A DNA stretch of 64,000 nucleotides, from contig NW_024704743.1 of assembly GCF_018977255.1 (NCBI RefSeq), positions 85,810,001 to 85,874,000 on the forward strand, given 5' to 3'. The stretch's first letter is position 1. Each line of letters starts with the position of its first letter. Positions 37,681 to 50,697 of this stretch are shown piece after piece. Under the pieces are notes generated by a model. That model had not been told where the DNA came from and ran no database searches. It saw only the letters and a list, made by a program, of their open reading frames with translations. Origin of the DNA: Callorhinchus milii (Eukaryota). Both the position numbers and the translations under genes were made by a program.

Positions 37681-38864
37681 AGTTGCTATTCCCAGGGACT
37701 TCTGTTTTTATGACAAAAGTTAAGGTTGAATCTAAGATTTCCAAATTTCTGCACAAGAACAATAATTTGCTCTTATTTTGTGTCTTTCACAAAGGGAGAA
37801 TATCTCAGAATCTTTATGTTAGAGTTGGGTGCCCAATCTTAAACTTCAAGATAAGCATTTATAAGGCTAAAATTATGAGAAATATTGTACTTCAAATCCA
37901 TTAACAGTCACTTCTAAAATGACTGCATCATGTTTCCAGAATCCAGAAAGCCACCAATAACACAGACCGCTGGCAGCTAACCCCCACAACAAGGCACCAT
38001 GAATATGTACAACCCATAACCTGACATCCAACAAAAGTTCATCTGACAAGGACCAGCTTTTGTTGTAGGTAATGAAAAAAAAGATACTTGACTAGTGTAA
38101 ACCACTTGGGTCCTGTTGTTGGGGTCAAGTGTCATTGAGTACCTTGTTGTATGTAAAAATTGAATGCAAAAGAGGGGGGCAAAAGAATTCAATGGTTGTT
38201 CAATAAAGGAGAATTACAACTTAATGTCTGAACATCTAACAGTTTTTGTCCAAGCAACTTGAGATAGCTCTCAAGCAATAAAATCAATCCATCACTATTA
38301 TATGACATGGAGTATTTAATGCACTCTGAGTGAGTCCATAGAAATGCAATACAATTTACATTTATATAGTGCCCTTCACATCGGGTGGATGTTTCAAAGT
38401 GCTTGACACTCCTGGCTGATCTCCTGAGCTGGGGTGCAAGCTGAGGGTGCTGAGAGGGGAAAAATGACCAAAAGCATGAACAAAGAGATTCAAAAGTAAT
38501 GTACTTGCCCTAAATGTCTAATGGTGAGGGCTCTGCCTGGTGAGCACAATGCACCAAATATTTTTCCATAATAAAAAAACTCTTCCTGTCTTTCTTTATC
38601 TTTTAGAATCATCAGTAAACTGTGTGGAATGAATAATAATAATAATAATCCTTGCATTTGATATAGCGCTTTTCACGCCTTCTAGATGTCTCAAAGCGCT
38701 TCATCTCCCATGTTGAGACCTACAGCTCATAGTCTAGGCTGATTCATTAATGAAATGCTGGATTTTGGAAATGCCATTTTTTGGATCAGACCATAACATT
38801 GACCTTAAACTGAGGTCTGGTCTGTCTCTTCAGGTGGATGTTAAAGATTCTTTGACACTAATTA

Positions 38865-39490
38865 AAAAGAGGAGTTTCTCTTGGTATCCTAACAAACAGC
38901 AATCCTCCTTATACAATAATCATTCACTTCATGTTTGTAAGAGCTTTGGAGTTAGGAGTTTGCCGAAAAACAGGCATTGGACTTAACAGCAATAGCCTGT
39001 GAAGCTCATTTTGATATTATAGGTTCGATATTAACAACAACAAAAAATTACATTTGTATAGTGCCTTTTACGTCTGGAGGACGTCTCAAGGTGAATGCTT
39101 TTAAATGCTTTCAAATGCAATGATTATTATTATTATATAATTGAAGTCTATAAAGAGGCACTTCACAATGAAATTTGAAAAGAGGAGTTTCTCTTGGTAT
39201 CCTAACAAACAGCAATCCTCCTTATACAATAATCATTCACTTCATGTTTGTAAGAGCTTTGGAGTTAGGAGTTTGCCGAAAAACAGGCATTGGACTTAAC
39301 AGCAATAGCCTGTGAAGCTCATTTTGATATTATAGGTTCGATATTAACAACAACAAAAAATTACATTTGTATAGTGCCTTTTACGTCTGGAGGACGTCTC
39401 AAGGCGAATGCTTTTAAATGCTTTCAAATGCAATGATTATTATTATTATATAATTGAAGTCTATAAAGAGGCACTTCACAATGAAATTTG
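38865..39490. repeat. Tandem duplication, 2 x 313 bp
   Basis: 38865-39177 repeats as 39178-39490. I see one substitution (aaggTgaat vs aaggCgaat). Confidence 0.95.
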
Positions 39491-40564
39491 TAAACAATGA
39501 CTCAGAAATCTTAGCTGGTAATCTGGGTGATAACAGTAATCGGCAGTGCATCATAGCTGACTCAGGCGATTGTCGCTCCAAAGTGCCAAAAGTGGGTACA
39601 AAATTGACGGAATTGACACAAAAGGAAAAATGATTGCCTGAATCACAATGTGACTTTGCTGTCCAATAAAGGGAGCATCAGGCAACTTGGATCAGACTTC
39701 AAATAATAATTTCAGGCAAACTTAAGTCTGGCGGACAGTCACATATGTCCTCATTACAAATGGACATTGATTTTTCAGTAAGGCAAGAACTCTAAACCAC
39801 TATGTCTACAGTGATACCTTGCCTCGAGAGAGCAGGTTTCTCGCTCGTGCTTGGCACTGAATCCTAGCTCCTACATTACAGTTATCAAAAACAGAAGTGA
39901 ACCACTCTGGATTGATGTGAAAAACACATTAGAGGGCATGAAAAGCTGATGTCATTGTTATTTATCAGGTAACTGATTCTTAAAAGGTATCTTTATGGGT
40001 TTAGCAGCAGTGGTAACAACTGTTTAGGCCAATTATTTTTTTCTTTTATACAGAGCTCATTTGGTTCAGTGCTGGGATTTAATCCAGTGATGATCTGATA
40101 TTTGTCATGTTCACCTATTGTTGTCAGATCCTGCACAACTGCCTCATTGGAACATCAGACAGACAAGCACCAAGTGGTTCACTTGGTAGTACTCTCACCT
40201 CTGGGACATAAAGTTATGAGTTGATGTCCCATGTTGGAACGTGAACTGATAGCCCAGGCTGGGGAAGAACTGCATTATCAAAGGTTTGGATAAGATGTTA
40301 AAAGTAAGATTTTATCTGCATGTACAGGAAGTTAAAGATCCCATAACACTATTTGAAAAGAGAAGGAAATTTCTTCTGCTACCCTGGCCAAAAATCATCC
40401 AGATCTATTCATTTAATGTATTTGCAAACCTCTCTGTGAATTTGACTACAAATACACAGCCACTGTAGTTGACAGCAATTACCTTTGAATTGCTTTGAGA
40501 CATTTTGACATTATAGGTACTTGTAAATACAAAACTTACAATAACACTGTTGATAGAATTTTTT

Positions 40565-40775
40565 GGGGTCAACCAGGTGTCTAATATATGCAGCAAGCCA
40601 TCACCATGCTTAAGAGTATCTAAACCAAACTGAGAATTCCATGCATCCCATCCATACATGGAAATTCCAGAGATAAATGGAATGCACACTCTCTCCCTGG
40701 ATGGACGCATCCTATGTACCTAATTTCAGAAAGTATTAGGCGCAGGTTGACAAGAACTAAGGCTTGGGAATTGGA
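40565..40775 (-). mobile_element. Fragment of long CR1 3'UTR family
   Basis: Homologous to 47895-48085 (ctctctccctgga.ggacgcatccta..tacctaatt.caga). Confidence 0.7.
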
Positions 40776-41834
40776 CTACCAAGACTGCCACAGAAGGCTG
40801 ACTCAATTCCAACATAGCAGTGCTAAATATGAGTCAGCTCCAAGGAAGCCCCGCTTACTCTCCCTCCACTATTATTGTATGGGATCTTTTCCATCCACTT
40901 GAACAAGGAGACAAGACCTTGGTTTAAAGTCCTTGTGCATCTTAATCAAAATGTTAAATAAGTTATAGCTTGGTAAAGTGCAGTGAGATGTGTCAATAAT
41001 TTGTACTATTCATACGTTGCATACATGAGAGAGAAGAGAATAGAGGGAAATGGGAGAGGCCAGGATATTAGTCTTATTTGAAAAGCAATTTGATGCTTTG
41101 ATGAAAGAATGAGTTCAAATGAGATGAAGGGCCTTGTTCATCCAGACCAATCGTGTGATCTTATGACGAGGGGTGGAGGCTCATTTGTTGTATAAAGACT
41201 GGCAAGGGCTGTTTGGGTCAAAAATCCTATTTCCATGTTGTAATATTCTATGTAAATCCATCTAATTCACAAAGAACTTATTGTGATTTCTGAAACCAAT
41301 CAAAATGTGAAAAAAGGGCACTTTGCTCTCTGGTCATTTTTCGTTACTTACACATGCTATCAGAAATCACTCCTAGCTGTTTCAGGAATATCACAAATTG
41401 GATGGCTTTTGATATTCCCAATTGGAAGTTTCAGTCAACACTTCAAATCAGCTTTATCAATATCCATAAACTATACTCTTTTATCTTTTAATCACAAGAC
41501 CACAGCAGATTTATTTTAATTCCATCATCATTCACATACCTTATTTTTCTAAAAGTTGTCAAGCTTGAGCGATTGCCCTGACTCTTGGCTATTGCTAAAC
41601 AAAGAGAGAGGCTTTCTTCATTAATGGCTTTGCACTGCCAATATTAACAAAGTGTAAGCATCGCAAGAAATCCTAGAGAGGTTTGGATGATGAAGGCCCT
41701 TTGGCAGATTTGATCTCATTCTTCCAGCACATCCACCTTACTATCAACCCATCATAATATCAAGCTTTTTTACAATGAGTTCAGTGCCTTGGCTTCAACC
41801 ACCATTGCAGATAACTTGTTCTAGCCAGATACAA

Positions 41835-41975
41835 TATAGAATCATAGAATTATACAGCATAGAGGGAGACCATTCGGCCCATCATGTCCATGCCAGCTCT
41901 TTGAAAGAGCTGTCCAAATTAATCCCACTCCCCCACTCTCTCCCCATAGCCCTGCAAATTTGTCTTCCCCAAATA
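41835..41975 (-). mobile_element. CR1 3' tail
   Basis: atagaatcatagaa is the reverse of the (ATTCTATG)n CR1 tail, followed by ccattcggcccatc...gctctttgaaagagc. Confidence 0.8.
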
Positions 41976-42654
41976 TATAGAATATATGTAATACTTGACA
42001 GATGATTACTTTTCATCATTTCCCAAAGATCTTTTGATTGAATGTCTTTCTATTATCAACTTTTTTAGCACACACTTTGCAATGAATGCACTTAAGTGGA
42101 GTTTAGTGGATCACAGGGCTAATCCATCACTTACTTCAATAATAAGATGAAGCCTTTGGGAGTGCCAGCCCTGTAATCACCTCTTTCTTTCCAATTTAGC
42201 ATTTCTAATACGGTTCAGAATGTTTCAGGTTGCACTGTAAAATGATTATGAAACCTGGTTATTAGAATGCTCACTTTGCATCACCCCACTATTTATTTAA
42301 TGATTATTGTCACTCTAGGCATCAGTGTTTAGTTGGCCAGGAAATAAAAATGATTCAATAAAGGCACACCATTAGCCTGTGTGTGGAAAATGTAAAATGA
42401 TTTACAGCCCAAGTAATTTCTAAAAGCAATGATATGTACAGAAATGTGAGTGTTATTGCCAGTCAATTTGCATTTGCCTACAAATACACAGTCGTTACAA
42501 TGCACAGCAAAATCCTATGAAGCACTTTGAGACAACATGATAAGGCACTATATCAAATGCAAGGATTGTTGTTATATTTTTTGATGTTCTGGATCAAAAT
42601 GTAATTGTATCATCTAATGTAATGTGATGAAGTAATACTTTGCTCTTGAAGCAT

Positions 42655-43010
42655 TCAGTGGAACTTTGGCTTTGTTGGTAGCGCTCTCACCTATGATCAG
42701 AGGTTCTGGATCCAAGCCCCATTGTGACAAGAACTTTATTATCATAGCCTGGACTGCAACCCCAGTAAACTGGGGTCACGGCATTATCAAGGTGCTGCCT
42801 TCATATGAGACAAAATAAAATCCAATTTACTTGTTCAGGTGGACATTAAAGATCCTATGATGTTATTCTAAAAGAGAAGGGAGTTTCTCCAGGTGTAGTT
42901 TAAGCAATCAAATAGCTCCCTGCTAGGTCAACAGTCATCCAGGTAAAATTGTTCATTCACTTCATAGCTGCTTGTGAGATATTGTTGTGTGCAAATTGTC
43001 TGCCATGTCT
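42655..43010 (+). mobile_element. Old SacSINE1/Deu-type SINE
   Basis: ttggtagcgctctcacct...caggtggacattaaagatcctatg...gtgtgcaaattgtctgcc. Confidence 0.7.
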
Positions 43011-46000
43011 GCTGAGATTATTCCTTCCAATGGATCATATACATAAACCTCCTACCAGCCATGTGCTGAGAGGAACATAACATTGCTAATAAACAGTCTA
43101 GGTTGATATTCCAACACGTTATTGTGCAGTGCGGCATTTGTCAGAGGGTCTGTAATTCCAATGACATATTGAACCAAGGTTTTGCCTACCTATCCCTCAG
43201 ATAGATATTAAAGATCCCATGACACTACTTTGCCAATAAAAGGTCCGAAAGCAAAATGCCAGTTGCAATCCTTAGTTCATTTATTTCTTAATTAAGAAGT
43301 CTACTGAGAAATACACAAAATTGACCTTTGTCGTAAAACTCCACAGTACGGCAAATAAGATTTTTCAATACTGAGGCTGAATCCAAGAGATCTGATAATA
43401 CAGAGAATGATGAAGTGTTGAAGTATGTGATAAAGACAAGAGACAGTGTCTCATTCCAGTAATCCAGCAAGTGTAAAATCCTTCTAAAGTTTAAATGAGC
43501 ACATACCATAGTTTCCCAAGGTTACAATGCACAATGTTTTACATAGAATTTTTGAAAAGCTGGGAGAAGGGATAAAGACTGAGCAGATTTTTTTTAAAGA
43601 AGCTTTTCCAATAGTTCAGTGGGAAAAGTCATGGGCTTGGTGCAGAATGTAGACATTCAGACCCAGCAGGTAGCAGGTCTGAACTCTGCTGCATGCTTGG
43701 TTAGTTAATGGGAACTGAGATAGGAGTAGGGAGCAGCAAAAATGGTCTCAGTGCCTCTGGGTTAGAAAAAAAAGTCACATGATGAGCTATTTAGACTAAT
43801 CCAAAGATATTGTTCAACTGTGTGATTTGCACATTGTTTGAATCACCACAAATCAAGTGGCATAGCTAGGGATGGAAATTTGGGTGGGCCCCATTTATGG
43901 TACACGGGTAATGACAGCAATTTAAAATTTTAAACAATTAGTAAATTAAAGTTAGGAAATTACTTACATTGCTCAGATTGTGTCCTCCTTCCTCCACTCC
44001 AGCTCTCTGCGCTTCCTCGTACCTCCTGCTCCGCCATTCTTTCCATCGCCTCTGGAGATGACGGGTAGGCCGGGTGCTGATTGGATGGGCTGTGAAGAGA
44101 AGCGGCATGGAGTCTTAGTAACATAGTATAGAAATTTACAGCAGCGAATAAAGCAATTTTACCCATCATAACTATGCTGGCTTGCTGAAAGAGTTATTCC
44201 TTTTTCTTGCCTTTTCCTCACAACCGTTTTATATGTTTCATCTTCAGATATGTATTTAATTCCTTTTTAAAAGCTAATATAGATTCTGCTTCCAGTATTC
44301 TTCCAGGTAGGGCTTTCTCTATCCTAAAATCTTCTGCCATCAGTTGGCTAAATGAAAGGTGCCAAATACAGGGAATCGAATACACTGCCTTCTCAAGAAC
44401 ATGGCATCCGATCACAGACTTAGTCCTTAGAAAATGTGATGGCTGTTAAGTGATAAAGTTTAAAACCATATCTTCACATCACTTGATAAGATAAGGAAAA
44501 ACAATGGTCCAAGTAAGAAAAAAATCAATGAAAGAAAAATTCCTGGCAAAACTACTTGGTAACCATTCTTGAGAAAGCTTAAATTTCCTTCTCAAACAGT
44601 TTAAGAGATGCATTCATTCCCAAGTTGAATCAGAGGATTTGTGTGGTAGCTGAGATTTAGAACTTTGTGTTTTGCAGCTGGTGAATTGCTTTGGATTGTA
44701 TTACTTCTTTCTGTTCAGTAGCATAACCTTTTGACTCTTGTGTAACAAACATTGGCCTAGCATTGCCAGCAAGACAAACTGGTATATGACAGATCTAATC
44801 ACATTTTGATACAGATTTGTTTGGATCCTCTATAATGCAAATGTAATGCATAATATGCGATAGATATTATGTAATGGGCAAGTGCAGAGAATCAACCTTT
44901 CTTTTCTAGACTTAACTGTGTTAAGGACTCTGCTGTGCAAAGGCATTTTGATGATAAATACCCATATGATCATGTCTTCACTTTTCAGGCGTTCCCAAAA
45001 CATATTGACTTTTCTGACGGCCATTCCACTTAAGATATTGCTGCAACAGCTTGTTGTTAGCCTTAAGTGCTTGTTCAAGCACACTTCACTATACTTAGCC
45101 ACTGACCCAATGTTAAGCTAGTCTGTGGGCTTTATGTGACACCTGAAATTTGCCATAAAGGCCCTAGCGCACAAAACGCTTTACGCTTCCCTGAACGCCT
45201 TTCACCGCCGGCCACCATAATTTCAGCTCTCTGGTTTTAATTTATTTTTCTGTTGAAAAGCGGGTATCTTAATGCATGTTCAATTTTTATTTCCAAAACA
45301 TTGCACTCTAATATCAGGGGTTATATTATTGACTATAAATCTTCTGTTTGATAGGAGGACATTTATGCACCTGGCCCCTCTGAAATTTCTTATTTGCTGC
45401 AGTTGAATGTTCCGGACATGCAGCACGTACTTATGTCAAAGTGGCTGCCAAAACATCAAATTTCAGCACAATTTCAATCTACGTAACTTGGTGTTAGCAC
45501 TTGATCTCTATCAGGGGAAATTATTGCAAAAAAAACATCAGTACTAGTGTTGAGGATGGATATGCACTCGGAGACTTTCAATTGAACATTTCTGAAAGAA
45601 ATTAAACAAATACATAATTTGTTTGGCACACCAGTTGACAGGATTGGATTACATTCACAGCTGCTTATAATATTTTATATCTTTTGAACTATTCCAAGAC
45701 CTAGACACAAAATTCCTTCTTAGAACGTTGAGGCAAGAGATACTTTAATGACTATTAAGCATTCCAGCAACCTGGTAATTAGCATTATAATAATATTAAC
45801 TTGCATTTACAGAGTGCCTTTCACGTAAAAATAAATGTCTCAAAGCACTTTATAAAATATAATTAGAGATGAAGTGAAAATTGTTATATGGGCAAATGCA
45901 GCATCTAATCTGAGCTAACTATATCCATAAATAACAATGAGATGAAAACCAGTTGATTAGAATATGAGGTAAATTTGAATTAGGAGGTGAATATAAATCA

Positions 46001-46424
46001 GATTGTCTGGTAGAAAGATTCCACGTTTCTGTCAAGTAGCAACATCAAAAAACAACATACATACATTTATATAATGCCTTTCACATCTGAAGGACGTCTC
46101 AAAATGCTTCACACAGCTGAATGGGAGCCAGAACAGGGAAGGGTGTGGGGGGCGGGATAGGAGTTGGGGAGGAGGTAGGAAAGGTCACCAAAAGCACAGT
46201 TGAAGTGATAGGTTTAAAGGCAGCTTTTCAAGGCAGAAAGGAAGGGGAAAAGGTGATGATAATTAGCACATATAACTCAATCTAGGGCAGTGATTAGTGG
46301 AGTACGCTGATATGGGTTCCTGCTATTCACACTACTGATAAATGTCTTGGAGGAAAGCACATATTGTTACATTTACTGATGACACTAAGCTTTGAAGTCA
46401 GCTAAATAATATAAAGAAACTCTG

Positions 46425-46614
46425 GAACACTCTCCCTCAATCCTTCCTCCTTGCCCCTCCTTCCCCGTCTTCAGGTCATGCCTGAAGATCTTCCTCTTTG
46501 TGCTTATGGCCATGATCACCTTCCCTCCGAGCTCAGCGGCAGGCTCTGCCACTGTCAAGCACTCTGAGATGCTACCCTTCGTGAGGGGTGCTATATAAAT
46601 GCAAGTTGTTGTTG
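46425..46614 (+). mobile_element. L2 3' end (second tail type) inserted into a degenerate CR1 RT
   Basis: Tail aagcactctgagatgctacccttcgtgaggggtgctatataaatgcaa(gtt)n. The upstream flank encodes FTDDTKL, like CR1 FADDTKL. Confidence 0.75.
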
Positions 46615-47118
46615 TAAAGAGGATCAAAAGCATTCAGGAAGATGGTCCTAATGAAATAGAACGTAGAAGAAGTAGCAAATAGATTTTAATGTTAAACAAG
46701 GTAAGGTAATGTAATAGGTTCTACAAGTTAGAGGATGTTCAGGTGATTAATGATCACTCACTGAAAGTGCAAGTCAGTATGCTCCAAGACATTATACTGA
46801 GTGAAGGGCACTGAATAAATACAAGTTGTTGTTGTGAAATTGCTGCCAACAAAGCTCCTGAAATGCTATGTCACATGTCTAGGCCACTTGTGATATTAGG
46901 ATGACATTAATGGACCATGTGATATCTATCACATTGAATGGGAAGGAAGCCATTCATCTCAATGGTAATATCCAAGAATTGGGTCCAATGGCTTTAATAG
47001 TTGAACAGGATACTTGTCTCTAGAACTTTTTGTTTACTAACTAATGGGTAGTCATAGATTCCAATCTACAAGTCACAATGGGATGAAGTGGGTCCACCTC
47101 TGTTCCATTTGTGGTTAC

Positions 47119-47225
47119 AAATTCCACCTGAACCTAGATTTACTCTACTTTCTTAACATTTCAGAGAATCCAGAATTTGCAAATTCTTAAATGCAGTCTT
47201 AATTTCAAGGACAGTTTTCTGTAAA
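47119..47225. mobile_element. MITE arm (family of 22108)
   Basis: aaattccacctgaacctagatttactct...catttcagagaatccagaatttgcaaattcttaaat is the reverse of 22210-22320. Confidence 0.7.
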
Positions 47226-47854
47226 GGACTTGAATCTCAAAATTCATCCCACTGTGTGCATTTTGGAGCACTCAACCTTCAAAAAGGGCATTGAAGTTTT
47301 GAAGAGATATTAGAAAAAAGCAATAATTTTCTACATGTGTGCACAATAGGTGACATAGTAACAGGATTCAGCCAAAGACAAATGCTTTTGGAAATTGTAA
47401 TATTAAGAATCCTTCTATTTGATATAGTACCTTAACACATCATTGAGGCGTCTCAAAGTGCTTCAAAGGGTATGCTGTAATGTGATGCTGTTTGGAAGGA
47501 GCACTAACGGAAATTGACCAGAGGTATCAGTTGTCAGCAGAGTTCCCAAAGCCAGGAGCATGTGCCAGAAACCCCAGTTCAGTAAGTGTTGGTTGAATGT
47601 TTTCACGCAAGGGACGAAGCCCCAGTTGAAGATGTTGACTGAAGGAGAGTTCAACAAAACAGCAGACATAGTGTGTCAAGCTGCTTTTCGCTGCTGCCTT
47701 CCTGCAGACATTTTAAATTAACACAGAATTGTCGAAGTGCAATTGCAGTAACACTTGTGTTCCTGGCATATACAAAGAGGTCTGTCTTCGGTGCCAGACA
47801 CTTTTACGGAGCTGATCCACTTACAGCCTTATAGGGGATTGGCAGTCTGGCCAC

Positions 47855-48965
47855 AAACATTACAAGATCACAAGACTGATTTCGATGAATTTTATTTTTG
47901 GTCAGCCGCGTGTCTGGCACATGCATAAGAGTGTTCAAACCCAACTGAGAATTCTATGCATCCATTGAAATTCCAGAGAACATTCGTTGGAATAAAATGC
48001 GCACTCTCTCCCTGGAGGGACGCATCCTACTTACCTAATTCCAGAAATTATTAGGCAGAGGCTGGCAAGACCCAAGGCTTGAGCACCCCTGATTGTGCGT
48101 TGGGGATACAGCTGGAGTCTAACCAACTAAAACCGCATAGCTTGCCATCAATACACTGTCTGGCAAGCTTTACCATTGAATGTCCAGCTAGGACCACCCT
48201 ACCCATTAGGGCTTTGGTTTGCAGGGTTAATAGGCGCTGAGTGAGAGGATTCCCTGCCCCCAGTGACTCCCTTTGGAGCATCTGGCTACTTTTTAAATGA
48301 GTCCAGTGTTCTGGCCTCAACCACCCTTTCTGGCAATGTGTTCCAGTCGTTAAGTATCCTCTGAGTAAAGAAAATCTTCCTGGTATCTGTCTTGAAATTG
48401 CCTTTTCAACTCTAAACCTATGCCTTCTTGTTCTACACTTGTTCAACCGCCCTACCATCGGTGGCCGGGCCTTCAGCCTCTCAGCCCCTAGACTCTGGAA
48501 CTCCATCCCCCAGTGCCTTCGCCTTGCTTCCTCCCTTTCCTCCTTCAAGGCTGGTCTCAAGACCTTTCTCTTTGACCATGCCTTCAGCTCCCCTCTCGAC
48601 TCTCTACCCCCTCCTCGCTCCCTCCCTCCCCTCCCCTCAACCTGACCATTTCCCTCCTCCTCACTCCCTCCTTCCCTCCCCTCACCCTGACCATTTCCCC
48701 CCTGCTCGGGTCCTGACCCAACTTTCCAGCGCCTTGGGACGTCCTCCTGACATGAAAGGCGCTCTCTAAATGGAATCTTGTTTTGTTGCTGTAAAGTATC
48801 GTTCTTAGGTTTATTTTTTAATCTGATTTTAAATTTCATATACCCCTCTGAATCATCTTCTCTCAAGACTGAATAGCTCCAGGTTGTTTAATCATTGCTC
48901 GGAGCCCAACCCTGTTACACTGGGGATCATCCTTATTGTGTTCCTTTGCACTCTCTCTAGTGTCA
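47855..48965 (-). mobile_element. CR1 3' end with ~400-bp 3'UTR, interrupted by an L2 insertion
   Basis: Minus: LERVQRNTIRMIPSV..LELFSLERR..RYFT|L2|LNKCRTRRH..WNTLPERVVEARTLDSFKK, then UTR ending cttgtgatcttgta. Confidence 0.85.
48446..48790 (+). mobile_element. Young L2 3' end
   Basis: RPTIGGRAFSLSAPRLWNSIP..SSFKAGLKTFLFDHAF, then UTR and stem-loop tail. Confidence 0.92.
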
Positions 48966-49619
48966 CAGATTATGTCACCTTATGTCACAGATTTTCATTT
49001 TTAGAAAGAGTGCACCGCATTGCAGCAGCTTATCCTGTTCACCACCTTCAAGGAATTGGAATTGGACAAGTTTACTGACCAAGAGAAGGATATTCTCTAC
49101 AGTGTTGGATTGAAATACCCATCATTAGAGAGCTGGAGTGCTATTGCCAGTGTTATAGAATTCTAAGGTTACTGATGGTACATCACTCTCCTAAATCCAC
49201 ATTTCTCTCATTGGACTTATTCCTTAACCATCCCCATATATTAATGCAGAAATTTACTCCTTCATTTCTCTGACAGTCCTTATGTATGTTTTTTCCTTCT
49301 AGCCTCTTTTTCAGGCAGTGCCTTTCTTTTGCTTTTCACTTCACAGATGAAGAAGGCCCTTTGACCCACTTGATTGCATCTTCCCATTTTACTGTCTTCC
49401 CATTGCAGCATCAAGCTGTTTGTTGAAGTCCACGGTCCTGGCCGCAACGAAGCTCTGTAATAACCCATTCCAGTTGTTAATTACTAATGTAGAGAAATAC
49501 TTCCTAGACTTGTCTCATACATAACAAACACAAATAATTTTGTATGATTTTTAAAATCACTAATGGTATCAAATGATCTGTCATCCACATCTCAGTGAAT
49601 GAGTAACACCATAGACATC

Positions 49620-49750
49620 ACAGCCATGTTGGATTCTGTCCTCACCCAAAGTCCAAACACATGCACTTTCTCACATTGCCTTGCCTAGCAAGCAGGAACA
49701 GGAACCCTGGTAAATGTTTCCCCTCCCTTAGTCTCGGAGTCCAAACCCAA
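49620..49750 (-). mobile_element. LF-SINE-like central relic
   Basis: cacagcc..tctgtcctcacccaaagtccaaacacatgcactttc..caggaacaggaaccctgg..tttcccctccct. Confidence 0.65.
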
Positions 49751-50361
49751 GGCAATGCTCCTGCTGCCAGCCTGGAAGAGATCAACATCTCATTTTTTTT
49801 CATAAAGTAATGTATTGGACAGGAAAAGACCAATGCGCTCCATCTGGCCAGGCCTGGGGCCAGACTGCAAACAAAGAAAGAGATGCAGACATGGGTCTCG
49901 AGTTGAAACTATAAGAACATTTTGTTTTTAAAAAATGATAATGCGTCTTCTGGCTTGAGAAATAGCAAACTGGTCGGGATGTGGAGACGCCAGTTCACAG
50001 TTGTGCTGCAGCTGATCAAAGCATTGATCCTCAGGATTACTATCTCTACCTAAGTGGCTTGAGTGTAACACTACGCTGCTGGCCTTGCTACAACAATGCA
50101 ACACTAACTCTGAGTGCAGAAGGTACATTCCTCCTGCACCAACTGCAGTTTCTCTTCTCTGTATTTTGAAATTGAGCCTCTCAGTCAAAGGCAGGGCACA
50201 GTAGCATAATGCAGCTGTTGGTTTGGTTCTTAAGTGATTTTCAGGCAATCCATATTGAGGAAAACATGCTAATATTGAGGGTATTTCAGCAATCGGTGGT
50301 TGAAATAAAGTGGGTATATTTAACGATTCATTGTTAGAAACCCATATCAACCTGCTAACCC

Positions 50362-50692
50362 CAAATTAACCTGTCCGCTTCCTCCGCTCAGTGAACTGTG
50401 GCCTGCTTCAAGTCCCCCACCCGGCCTGTTCCACCATCGGCAGTCGGGCCTTCAGCTTCTGTACCCCCACACCCTTTGGAACTCCATCCCACATTTTCTT
50501 TGCCTTGTTCCCTCCCTTGCCTCCTTCAAGGCACATCTCAAGACCCTCCTCTTCGACCACTCCTTCAGCCATCCTCCTAAACTCTCTGCCCTCCACCAAC
50601 TGATCCCAAACCCCCTGCATGGGTCCAAATTCCTGACTATTCAGTTCCTTGGAATGTCCTCTTGATATGAAAGGGGCTATACAAATGTAAAT
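50362..50692 (+). mobile_element. L2 3' end
   Basis: STIGSRAFSF..SFKAHLKTLLFDHSF and tail. Confidence 0.88.
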
Positions 50693-50697
50693 GTATA

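Noticed and set aside
39807..39825. TA-CAGTGATACCTTG, Tigger-like terminus
   Set aside because: No matching opposite TIR found.
47492..47590. LEGALTEIDQRY (keratin-coil-like) and nearby FTQGTK (J-segment-like) peptides
   Set aside because: Very short similarity, no splice acceptor, no recombination signal sequence; probably chance.
48051..48866. Longest ORF (271 aa, minus strand)
   Set aside because: Chimeric read-through of antisense L2 plus out-of-frame CR1 and its UTR.
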